Positions 1 through 11,380 of a stretch of 64,000 nucleotides of DNA are shown here, in pieces. The stretch's first letter is position 1. Each line of letters starts with the position of its first letter. Source of the stretch: the human T2T-CHM13v2.0 reference genome, Homo sapiens. Below the pieces are notes generated by a model. The model was given only the letters and a program-made list of their open reading frames with translations, was not told the origin of the DNA and did no database searches. The DNA lies in the NCBI RefSeq assembly GCF_009914755.1, contig NC_060938.1. One strand, given 5' to 3'. Both the position numbers and the translations under genes were made by a program.

Positions 1-212
1 GGCTAGAGTGCAGTGGTGCCATCTCGGCTCAAGTGATTCATGTGCCTCAGCCTCCCAAGTAGCTGGGACTACAGGTGCATGCCACCACACCTGTCTAATT
101 TTTTAATTTTTTGTAGAGATGGGGTTTCACCATGTTGGCCAGGCTGGTCTCGAACTCCTGGGCTCAAGTGATCCACCTGCCTTGGCCTCCCAAAGTGTCT
201 GGATTACAGGCT
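1..212 (-). mobile_element. Alu (partial, at window edge, with internal deletion)
   Basis: gcctcagcctcccaagtagctgggactacagg...ctcccaaagtg. Confidence 0.92.
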
Positions 213-339
213 GTGTCCTGTATGATTATTTATGGAAAGAGAGTCAGACAATCAGGCCGAGGACATCAGCCACCTGCCCTGAGCAGCTGTGTGCTATGGG
301 CCCCCAGAAACCTGGTTCTGGTCCTCTCCTGGCCCCCAA

Positions 340-492
340 TCTGCTGTGTGGCCCCAGGAAAGCCTCTGAACTCTTGGGTTTCATTTTCGTCATCTGTAGA
401 CAGGGTTGAGATGGCAGTGGTTCCATGATCTGGAGGTTAGCAAAGGAAGAGCTCCCAAAACAACTGTAGCCCATGCTGGACACATAGTGGGC
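340..492 (+). mobile_element. MIR
   Basis: ctgtgtggcccc...tttcgtcatctgtaga...ggacacatagtgggc. Confidence 0.6.
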
Positions 493-1155
493 TTTGGTTT
501 ATATGTGTCAAGTGAATGAACAAGCTAAAGCTTGTGTGCTGCTCCAGGGGCTTGTGGTCAGAGCTACAGAAATCCCCACTGCTAATGGGATTGGGTGGGA
601 TGCACCAGAGGGTAGTGATGGTTGCATCCCAGGAAGACCCCAGCCTTCCATGGGCAGCATAAGGCCTGGGAGGCTCCTGTGCCACCTGCCGCATATTCAG
701 TCAGCTCTCAGGCCCTACTTCCGGGACTGGGGCCCCTTTCCTCCCACACCCACAGCTTCTCTGGCTCCTGCCCAGAATCTTGGGTGATCACAGGGTCTCT
801 CAGGGTCGAGTTTGTGTGACTTCAGGCCACGCCACTAGCCTCCGTGAATACTGGGACATGGTGGCCCTAGTCCCTCCTTTTTCTAGGAAGCTGAGGGAAC
901 CCCACCTCTGTCCTGCAGACCTCTATAGTTGAGAAGAGACCCCTCAGCTTTTCTCGCTTGAACATCAAGAGGGCTGCTGGTGGCAAGACAGCCACAGGCT
1001 GGGGGATCTCTCTCACATGCCTGGGTTCTGGGCCCGGCACTAGGGGCGGGGGAGGTAAAGACATCCCGCCCTTCCCCACTTCTGGACCCCTCATTCCCAG
1101 CCTTCACCTGCCCCGGGCCCCGAGCTCTAACCGCAATCTCCTTTCTCTCTTTGAG

Positions 1156-1209
1156 GTGGGAAGGCCTGGTGCTCATCATCTTGTATGTGTTTTATATTCT
1201 GATCATGAA
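1156..1209 (+). CDS. SLC24A4: SLC24A4 coding exon 9 (54 nt; (W)WEGLVLIILYVFYILIM(K))
   Basis: Pyrimidine tract then ttgag|G acceptor, AA|gtaagt donor; translation matches the NCKX4 transmembrane segment; phase 2 end joins the next exon. Confidence 0.95.
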
Positions 1210-1749
1210 GTAAGTGCCCTTTCTCCTCCCCGGGGCTGCCGACGCCTTGCCCCACTGCCTGCTACAGCCTTTTGTGACAGCAGGGAGAAAAACATCTGTC
1301 AGATCTTTGTCCTTTTAGGCCAGCCCCAGCTCTCTGGTAGACACCCTGCTGGGGGACAGCTGGAGTAGGGGAGGGGTGTCAGATGCTGTTCCGGGGGTGC
1401 CGTCCACACTGAGGCCAGGGGAGTCACGCTGGTGGCTGATGTGTGGACCACAAGGCTGCTCTCCAGACAAGTAGCATGCAAGGGCCTCTTTCCCGCCCTG
1501 CTCTGGGCAGCTTCTCCATGCCCCAGGGTAACCACTCACTTGTGCTGTCTCTAGAAGCCTTCTGATAATTTAATACCACTCTTTTCAAAAAGCCAGGCAG
1601 GTCTGCCCCAGGCTTCATAAAATGCCACTTCTCAGGGCCAGTGCTTGGTACAACTGCAGCACCACTGATAGTACTGAGGATGCAAACTCAGGCTATGCCA
1701 CCTTGAGCCCCTCGAGAAGCTACCCAGGTCAGAACCATCTCAAAACTAC

Positions 1750-2125
1750 CCATGAGGAATACTATGCAGCCAGAAAAAGGAATAACGTTCTGACAGTCTA
1801 CCACATGGATGAACCTGGAAAACATTATGCTAAGTGGAAGAAGCCAGTCACAAAAGGACAACTATTGTCTGATTGCACTTACATGAGGGATCTAGAAGAG
1901 CCAGATTCATAGAGGTGGACCAGAGGTCAGTGCAGGCGGCTGGGGAGCAAAGAAGGAGGAATTAATGATTAGTGGGAATAGTGTTGTTTGGGATGATACA
2001 AATGGTTTGGGAACCGTGCTGATGGTTGTAGAACAATGTGAATGTAATTAATGCCACTGTTTTGTGCCCTTAAAAAGGGAAAGTAGTTAGAATGGTTAAT
2101 GTTATGACATATATTTTTTTCCCAC
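1750..2125 (+). mobile_element. Old L1 (L1M) 3' end fragment
   Basis: ggaatactatgcagcc...acatggatgaacctggaaaacattatgctaagtg...gtgaatgtaattaatgccact. Confidence 0.8.
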
Positions 2126-2126
2126 T

Positions 2127-2130
<4 letters not shown>

Positions 2131-2183
<53 letters not shown>
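2131..2183. repeat. (CA)n microsatellite
   Basis: Perfect AC run. Confidence 0.97.
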
Positions 2184-2185
<2 letters not shown>

Positions 2186-2876
2186 TCCCTACTCATGAGC
2201 TGAGCCATGTTCAGGTTCATCTTCCTCCTCATACCGCGATACGTAATTAAAAAGACAACACTCTGGGTTTTATGAGGATATAAATCCCACATTTATATAA
2301 AACATTTATAATGTTTTATAAAGATGGGTGATAAACTATCAGACTGCAAGAGCATTGTCCTTAAATGATCTCCACTCTGAGTGCCTTTCAGCGAGAGCCC
2401 GCCTGAGGTTCTTTGAGATGGAGAGACTCTTCCCTCAGGGGTGATGGCAGTGCTGGCTGTGAGTGTGCAGGAGGTGCCCGTGAGCATCCTGGGAGCAAGA
2501 TCTGCTGCTGGGGGAGAGAGGACAGGCCTGGTAATGCCCCCTGCGAGCCTGCCCAGAGGCGAGGCCGAGCTTCCTTTATTAGGACAGGCTCCAGTAAGTA
2601 GGCCTCAGTCATTTTCTTAGGTGAAAGTTCTCTCATGCCTCCAGGAAGTCCACCACCAGCTCAATAGGAGCAGGTGCCACCAGACAACACAATGCTCCCA
2701 GGTCCCTGTCAGGAAACTGTCAGCCCAGTTGAAAAGCTGAGGCTCCACACCTCCCCTGCCACCCACCACTCCTGGGCTGTGCTGACTGCGTGCAGGGATG
2801 GGGTGTGATCCACCCGCTGCCCAGTTGGTGGGACTCCTTTCCATTGCCCTGACCTCCTGCCTCCCCTCGCTTCCAG

Positions 2877-3019
2877 GTACAATGTGAAGATGCAAGCCTT
2901 TTTCACAGTCAAACAAAAGAGCATTGCAAACGGTAACCCGGTCAACAGTGAGCTGGAGGCTGGTAATGATTTCTATGACGGTAGCTATGATGACCCTTCC
3001 GTGCCATTGCTGGGGCAAG
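2877..3019 (+). CDS. SLC24A4: SLC24A4 coding exon 10 (143 nt; YNVKMQAFF...DDPSVPLLGQ); internal alternative donor at 2963
   Basis: ttccag|G acceptor, CAAG|gtaagg donor; ORF 2884..3162 carries the NCKX4 loop peptide. Confidence 0.96.
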
Positions 3020-3082
3020 GTAAGGCTGAGCAGACAGGAGTGGGCAGAAATGTGTCCTGGAAGCCACTCTCTCCTCTTTTGT

Positions 3083-3083
<1 letters not shown>

Positions 3084-3116
<33 letters not shown>
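3084..3116. repeat. (CA)n microsatellite just downstream of exon 10
   Basis: Perfect AC run. Confidence 0.97.
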
Positions 3117-3119
<3 letters not shown>

Positions 3120-4881
3120 CTCACAATGTCCCCCCTCTAAATTGTCACTCTCTTACCTTTGACCACAGGTGCCCTAAGAGAGGAGGGAGAGTCAGTATGG
3201 GAGATGGGGTTTGCTTAGGTGGGGCAGGGGTGGAGGGAAACTACACCAGGAAAGAGAAAAACCACAGCCACGTTTCTGGGCGCTTTCCCATGCCTTCTGG
3301 GAAAGGCGTAAGGCCTGCTTGGCTCTTCAGAATGCAGTGGTATCCCTGACCCCTGTAAGGGCCCACGACAGGCAGCTGAGGAGCTGGGGCAGCAGAGCCA
3401 GCCTGGGCCTCCCTGCGGTTTCTCAAATGCCAGACCCAGTCCTGGATGGAGAACGGCTCTGGACAAAGCATGGGTTCTCGGGCTGGGAACTGTTGCCCGG
3501 AGGAAGAACAAGGCCAGGAAAGGCAGACATGAAGCTGAGCAGGCATCCCCAGGCCAGCCTCAGACAGCCCCGCCGGGGAGCCCCTTCCCCTGGGGCAGCA
3601 GCCTCGTCTCCCCAGCGGCTCTTTGGCCCCCTTGTCCGGGAACTGGGGGTCTGGGCCTCCAGAGCCATCTGCTGTCGTGTCTTACTGAATTCTCTGAATC
3701 ATCTGGGCCTGACCGATGGCTTCCTTGGAAACCTGAATAATCCAAGACCAATGACCAGGCGGCTCCCTTTGTTGGGGCAGCTGCCGGGAAGGAGAGAGCG
3801 TTCACTCTAGCCCAGACCAGTAGGAGAGCAGGGGCTGGTTCTTGCAATTGGTATGGAAAAACAGGTCTGACCTCCACCCACAGTGTTGGGCAAGGCCTTC
3901 ACCAGGTGAGCGCCTTGCACTGGTGTCTGGGGGCTCTTTCCCCCGCTTTCTCCATGGCCTGGGGCTAATCACCTCCTCTTTTAGGTGAACTCTTTTGTGA
4001 TGTCACTGGTGGGATGGAGTGGTCTCAGATGTGTCTGGGACATCTGGGGTGCAGAATCTGTATTTCTGGGCCCCCTCTCCAGTCATCATCCTGGAGCCGA
4101 TGAAGGCAGGGGCTTCCTCCCATGTGCATTTTGGGAGTCTGTTCTGCCCTGTCTCAGGTAACCCCCAAGAGGGAGGAGTCTCTCCGTATAGAAGGAGGAA
4201 ACCTGCCAGGGTGGCGGGGTGCGGTCCAGGCCACAGCCTGGCTGCTGAGGCCCACCCACAAAGGACAGAGCTGAGCAGCTGATGGGCATGGAGTTTGATT
4301 CGTGTGTCGTGTTTCATAAATGCTGAGCAGACTACCCCAGGGGAAGCCCGTTTCCAGGACAACCTCAGAAGGGGAAGGAGCCATGAGGGCGGCTGTGTCG
4401 GATTTTAGCTCTATGGACGCAGTGGCCCCGAGACGGTCCCCACACACAGCCTGGTCCCCACACACAGGCTGGCAGGACAGAGGCTGGTTGCTGCCCTGTC
4501 GTATATATGGTGCTTCTGGGTCCTCTGGGCCTTCATGGTGAAGAAGAGAAGTATTGTGTGCTGAGTCACTCAGGCCAGTGGCAGATGCCCATCCAAGAGC
4601 CACCCACCACCTGTGCCAACCCAGGAGACCTCCCAGGACCCTGCAGGAAACATTCCTCATTCACAGCATGGGGGCCTCAGCTCCTCACCTTCCCAGAGCA
4701 ACCCAGGCTCCCAGAGGCCCCCGCCTACACAGTGCCTTTTCTGGCACTGCTGTGACTGTCTCCATCACTCTGTGCCTGTGACAGTAGCACTTCCTTGCAA
4801 GTTTATTTTCTCCCAAATCTCTTTAAGTCCAGGACATTTTCTGGAAAACTGGAAGACTGGACACAGGACTGCCCCCAAGCA

Positions 4882-5981
4882 CTGGGGAAGGAGGGAGAAT
4901 CCCATCTTCCTGCAGCTTTTATCAGAGGGAATGCATTTAGATAAGGGCCAAGGGAGAAAACAGTCCTCAGAAAGTGTGGAGGGAAGTGGGGTACAGGCCT
5001 GGACGCCTGGAATTGGAGAAAGGGGAGACCTGGAGAGGCAGACGTGGGGATTTCTTCACCCCACTTTTACTGCCCCTATCATAAGAGGCTCCCAGAGGGC
5101 CATGTGTGAGTCACTGTTCTGCACTGTCCCCTGCGTAGACTCGACTGAAGCAGGAGGAAGGAGCCCCCGGTAACACCCTGGGTGGGACTGGGGAGGCCAG
5201 GGCTTTGGGGCTTTTCCTTTCCTAAGGGCGGTGCCATGGAATCTTTTGGCTGGAGATGACATTGGGGTTTCTTTCCCTGTGCCCAGCTCCAAGCAGGTCG
5301 CTGTGTGGCCACCCCACCCAAAGGAATGCACGGGTTGCTGGCTGGGAGATTCTTCAAGAGCACACACTCTCAGGCCCGATCGAGCTGTTCTCAGTTTTTG
5401 GGTTTCCCATAGAAAACCCAAAGTTTTATCTTCCAGCTTCTTGACAGGAAAAGTGGGCAGAAAGCCTTTTCCCCACCACACTGATAAAAGGCGTTTGAGT
5501 ACTGAAACGTTCTTAAAGGCTGTGTGGCTTGGCTCACCAAAGCAGCCTCCTGGTGCTTCTCAGGTGGCCTTGAACACAGCCTGGGCCACTTGCCTGCCGG
5601 CCTCGCCCAGGAGGCACACTGTGGACCCTTCCAGGCTGCCCTGGCCCTGGGCACAGCCTTGGTTTGGAGTGGGGAGAGTTGGGGGTGATGCCTGGCCTGG
5701 GGCTGGACTGCTGGGAGAATGTGCTGTCATTGAGTTCTTTTCCCGGCAGCCACTCCGGGCATGGGCACACACCCTTGTTCTGTCATTGGTCAGGGGACAC
5801 CAGGACAAGCTGTCCCGGGAGGCAGGCATCCTGGGGAAGGAAGGAGAATTCCATCTTCCTGTAGCTTTTATCAGAGTGAATGCATTTAGATAAGGGCCAA
5901 GAGAGAATACTACCTAGAGAGTGTGGAAGGAAGTGGGGGTGCAGGCCTGTACTCCTGGAATTAGAGAAGGGGGAGGCCTGG
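4882..5981 (+). repeat. Diverged ~150 bp direct repeat pair (4882-5033 and 5831-5981)
   Basis: Both copies read ctggggaagg..gagaat.ccatcttcctg.agcttttatcagag.gaatgcatttagataagggccaag...cctggaatt.gagaa. Confidence 0.85.
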
Positions 5982-7692
5982 CTCTTGTCTCACAGACTCC
6001 AGGCTCTCTCCTTCTGAGCCCAGTTGTTCCTCCAGCAGTACCTGGCATGGGGTTGGTTCTGTAGGATGGAGCCTGAAGCTGCGTTTTCTGTGGGTTCCGT
6101 CTTCCTCTGGGATGGAGGCTTCTGAGCAGGGAGGGATTTGAGCTTTCATGCAGCAGTGAGGGGCTGAGGGCATGAGCTGTGGAGGGGGCTCCTGCTCCTC
6201 AGAGTGGAAGCAGAGCCATCGAATCAGCCAGGACAGGAGTCATCCCAAAGGCCAGAGGCCCCAAGTGTTGATGCTCCCCATAGAAGGAGCCCGCTAATAA
6301 CACTCTCCAGCACATAACCCCTGGCATCTTCGCCACCACCAAGAGTGCTGCCCCAGACTCTCGGCACCCACCGCACGCTAATCATCTCTGGCAGTTTCTG
6401 TTGGCCTTTGTCTCCTTAACTCTCCTCCTCTTCTAAATTGTAAGTAGTCAGCTTTCATCCACGCGATAACACGTGCATTTCAAGCAAAACAGCCAACCAC
6501 AAGCCCAGCCCACCAACGCACTGCGCGCCTCGTTAGAGGTTAGCGTCCATCTCTGACAAACGCATGTTCTCCTGGCTTTGTTTTCTAACCCACACGCCTC
6601 CTGTCTGCTGAGCCTTGCTGCCTGTTTGGTGAGGAGTGTGTGTGTCTGGTGTGCTTTTGTGCTATTAACTCTTACACGGGTTTGCTCTCCGGACCTATTC
6701 GCTGGTTACCCTAAAACCCGTAAAGGACACACCAGGAGCTGGTAACCAGTGCAGAGGGACAGTCCTATCCATTTTTATAGCCCTTTGGAGGGGAACACTC
6801 TGCCTGCTTCTGCATGCTGTGTTCATGAGCAGTTTTGTAACTAGACCCTCCTAGGGATCTGGAGTCAAATGTGAAATTCCCAAGGATACCGGCCCAGTGC
6901 AGGTTTATGAAGATGGCAAGAAAGAGGTCTGGGGACAGGGAGTTTTGTTCCTGCCCATTGTGAGGGGAAGGAAAGGGTCAGAGAGACCAGCCTCCCTCCG
7001 GAGGGTGTCAGGGTTTATAGTCACTGGGCTCAGCCAGCGGCTCACCGTGCACCCTCAAACAAGCAGGCTCCTCTCCTGGGTCTTAGTTGCCTGTCTAGGT
7101 CCCATGATCTAAATCTTTGACCTCACTACTTGCCCTTATAAAGAACAAAGTTACAAGCATTCTGTCCTGCAGACAGAGCAGGTGGCCTCGTAGGAAGTTC
7201 AGAGCCAGTGCCCACTGCTCTGCAACATTTTCCACCCCGGGGACCCTTGTCAATTTGCAAAATTTCATCTGAGCCTCTGTACGTGGGGGAAAGAAAGGTC
7301 CCCTCATAGTCATGGGTGAAAAGTGGTAGGCCCCCGTGTGTATTGTAGGTTGGCTGCCCTGGTAAGGCTTAGATAACGAACTGAAAGACCCTTGTAATTA
7401 GCCAAGACTGGGCCCCAGAAGAGAGGCGAAAAGAGCATCAATTGCCCACGAGTGGTCCTGGAGCAAGGGGACACACTGGGCTTCACACACTAGGTCAGCA
7501 GGTGTTTCAAAGCTAGTGACCCACTTTGCCTGACATGAGGAGTTGAAGCCAGGCATCCAGACTTCCCGGTGGCTGCCAGCTGCCAGGACCACAGCCTAGG
7601 GCAGCTCACAAGGTGAGGGGAAGTCAGTGGCCCCAGCACTTGGGTGTTGTCCTCAGAGAGATCAGCACTAATCACGGTGTTGCGCTCAACAG

Positions 7693-7862
7693 TGAAGGAG
7701 AAGCCACAGTATGGCAAGAACCCCGTGGTGATGGTGGACGAGATTATGAGCTCCAGCCCTCCCAAGTTCACCTTCCCTGAAGCAGGCTTACGAATCATGA
7801 TCACCAATAAGTTTGGACCCAGGACCCGACTACGGATGGCCAGCAGGATCATCATTAATGAG
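7693..7862 (+). CDS. SLC24A4: SLC24A4 coding exon 11 (170 nt; VKEKPQYGKNP...ASRIIINE)
   Basis: caacag|TG acceptor, GAG|gtgagt donor; ORF 7644..7886. Confidence 0.96.
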
Positions 7863-9059
7863 GTGAGTTTGATTGAAGGACCATAAAAGTGAGCAGCCTT
7901 GGATGCAGGAGGCCTTGGCTTGTTAGGGCTCTTCCTGGTGCCATTGATCACTGCACCTGTTTAAGGAAGGATGCCCTGGGGCCTCCAGAAGCCTGCCCAT
8001 CAGCCACAGGCAGCAAATTATCCTTTGAAGAGATATTTTAAAGCCTGCAGCAATCGAATACCTTGCCTGAGATATTTCACTAAGTATTTTGTCAGGCACT
8101 AGAGTAGAACTAATTGGAGAAAGGCCAGCCTGAAGTATGGATTATTTCTTTAAAATGTTGTTTAGGGCAAAACAAAAAAGATGAGTTCACACCTGTTCTC
8201 TGTGGACAGAACAACTCCAGAAGGAAATCTAAGACACTAATGAGCAGCAGTGACCTCTGGGGCTTCATTTTCACTCTTGCTGTGTTTAAATGGGGTGCTT
8301 TTATTTCTCACTTGCAGAGATAATGATTTTAATATTATTTAATGTATAAACAGTATAGCAAAGATAGGTTCATTGCTCACCAACTTTTCCAGTCTTTGTT
8401 GCATGTGTGCATTTTGGAATTTTAAGTCCTTACTCTGAGAAGCAGATGGGTTGGTAGACTTCAAACTGTGATCGCTGATAATTAGTAGTTAACACATAGA
8501 TTGTATGCAAGAACGATATTTCACAGTGCCTACGGGTTCATATTGTAAACATTTCTCTTTGATTTAATGTGTACTGTGCCCTCTCTGTAGAAAGTATATT
8601 AAGAAAAGGAAACACCTTTCCAAAGTTTTGAATCATTGTGAATCATTTCGGTCCAATTCGGTAAAATTTGAATCAATGAAATTTGACCGAATCCAGGCCG
8701 TCTTTCATGCATGCATTAATTGTACCCACTGGGTGCTGAGAGGGTGGGGAGGGTTGAATAACTTTTAAGGATTTAGAGATTGGGATTTATAGTATCTTTT
8801 TCATGGCATATATAGCCGGGAAAGGAATAGGTTTTGGTAAGTTGCTGAGATACTGGTTATTATGCCCTAAATGTTCTAAGCTACTGGGAAGACTTTATCT
8901 TCCACCATGTTGTGATTGAACTACCTGGAAGGCAGCATGGAGAGCTGGAGAAGCCGGGTCCAGAAGGAAGGAATTCTGAGCTTCAATCTCACATCAGCCG
9001 CTAGCCCACTTAATGTGAGGGTATTGAACAGGATGCTTTCAGCTCTAAAAATTTCAGTG

Positions 9060-9510
9060 ACACACACCGAAAGGCTGTATGTCCACAAAAGACATGTACA
9101 CAAATGTGCATAGCTGAAGTCTTCATAACAACCAAAAAGGGGAAACTATCTGAATGCCCATCAATAGGCAAAGCCATATCGTGGGTTATTCAATATAATA
9201 GAATACTACACAGCCATGAAAAATAACAAACTGCTGACTCATGCAACAAGCTGGGTGAATCTCATGGCTATTGGTTGCCTGAAAGAAGCCAGTCATAAAA
9301 TATACATTAATACTTGAATCCATTTATATGAAGTTCAAGTTCAGGAAAAACTAATCAATGTTTACAAAAGTCAGCAAAGTGGTTGCCTTGGTTACCTCTG
9401 GAGTAGGGGTATGTAGACTAGGAAAGTGCCTGAGGCGAGTCTTTGAAGGGGCTGGAAATGTTATACATCTTGATGTAAAACATCATTAATCTGTGCACTT
9501 AGTGTAAGTG
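9060..9510 (+). mobile_element. Old L1 (L1ME-like) 3' fragment
   Basis: gaatactacacagccatgaaaa...gggtgaatctca...ccatttatatgaagttcaa. Confidence 0.75.
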
Positions 9511-9513
9511 TAC

Positions 9514-9794
<281 letters not shown>

Positions 9795-10196
9795 TGAGTG
9801 TACATTTTGTATAACGTACCTAAAAAATTAAAAATTACAAAATGCACGCAGGGCCTTTCCTGTGGCCATCTTCAGGCAGCTGTGAACGTCGCCAGGGAGA
9901 GCCCCGAATGATGGCTGTCACCAGGGCCGTGGGCTGGGTTGTCGAGCTGGCAGTAGGAAGGGGTGGCCCAGGCCCTCTGATAAATCCTCAGAGTTTTCCT
10001 GGTAACCATGCAAATGTAAGTGACCAAACATAGAAGGATTCCAAGGTCCTGGGGCTGATTCTCAGGCAAACCTGTCCCCAGGGTTGTTGTTCTAGGCACC
10101 TGTAAGAGCAGGGTGCGTGTGAGGGACCCGGCGTATAGCAATAGCATGATGCTTTATCACACGCCTTGGTGTCCATGTTGCCTCCTGTCCACACAG

Positions 10197-10401
10197 CGGC
10201 AGAGACTGATCAACTCGGCCAATGGTGTGAGCAGTAAGCCGCTTCAAAACGGGAGGCACGAGAACATTGAGAACGGGAATGTTCCTGTGGAAAACCCCGA
10301 AGACCCTCAGCAGAATCAGGAGCAGCAGCCGCCGCCACAGCCACCACCACCAGAGCCAGAGCCGGTGGAGGCTGACTTCCTGTCCCCCTTCTCCGTGCCG
10401 G
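10197..10401 (+). CDS. SLC24A4: SLC24A4 coding exon 12 (205 nt; RQRLINSANG...QQPPPQPPPPEPEP...SPFSVP)
   Basis: acacag|C acceptor, CCGG|gtgagt donor; ORF 10113..10454. Confidence 0.96.
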
Positions 10402-10904
10402 GTGAGTTCTGGGGGTACTGGACTCTCGGGCTACATTTTTGGGGGCTCCATTAGGACCAAGCCCAGGTCTTCAGGATGGAGGCATGGACTTGTAAGGGCG
10501 GCAGAGGGCTGGTGCAAAGGGTCGATATTAGGTCACTGGAATGCTTAGGAGGCGAATCTGTCCTCAGTACTGAACTGTGGGTTAGAGCTGCAGTGGGGTG
10601 CGGGCACCACCAAGTGCAGCAAGAGCCTCGGGCCAGAGAGCAGGGCGGCTGGAGGCCTGGAGAACACCAGTGACCCCTAGTGACCACACTTAAATGTTCA
10701 GTGCAGTCGATCTTTTGTGCCAAGGAAAAGCAGTCCACAGTGTTATTTTTAGGGACATTCTTGCACTCTCTTGGCCCTTGCAGCAGGCCATTTTGCCTAT
10801 GCATCTCTTTATTTGCTGGGACAGGAGATTCTAAGGCCACAAATGATCCTTAGACAGTCATACCTTGTGTGTTTGAAGATATCTCCTACCTATAAATAAG
10901 TCCA

Positions 10905-11380
10905 ATCAGACTGAGGCTCTGCAGCCAGCCCTCCAGGGTCCTCCCATCTCACTTGGAGTCTGACCTGCGAGGCCCCATGTCATCTGACTGCCGACTCCTG
11001 CTGACCTCAGCTTCTGTTCTTCTGCCTCTCCTGGCCCCTGCTGCAGCCACAGCGGCCTCCTCACTGTCATTCCTAGAACACACCAGGTGCGCACCTGCCC
11101 CAGGACCTTTGCACCTGCCTTTTGCTGGAATGCAGTTTCCCCAGGTATCCACATGCCCACTTCCTCACCTTCTTCAGGTCTCTGCTTAAATGTCACCTTT
11201 TCACTGTGACCTTCCCTGACTACCGCATTTAAAATATTTTATCTTTTTCTTGTGTCTCTTGCCCTGCTTAAACTGTCAGCTCCACAAAGCAGGTACTTTT
11301 GTCTACTGCATTTATCTGCATCCCCAGTACCCAGGACTGGCCACATAGTAGGGGCTTAGTAGGTATCCCTCAAATGAATC
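10905..11380 (+). mobile_element. L2 3' fragment
   Basis: ccccaggacctttgcacctg...ctgcttaaatgtcacc...ggccacatagtagg...aaatgaat. Confidence 0.75.

Noticed and set aside
4435-4470. Short 16-20 bp tandem duplications (also ~11812 and ~13783)
   Set aside because: Ordinary slippage events with no further signal
6613-6628. Second possible microexon (ctaac...ctgag|16 nt|gtgagg)
   Set aside because: GAG acceptor, weak donor, not frame-preserving
10197-10202. Tandem acceptor CAG CGG CAG that would drop Arg-Gln
   Set aside because: Possible but unsupported; the proximal CAG has the pyrimidine tract
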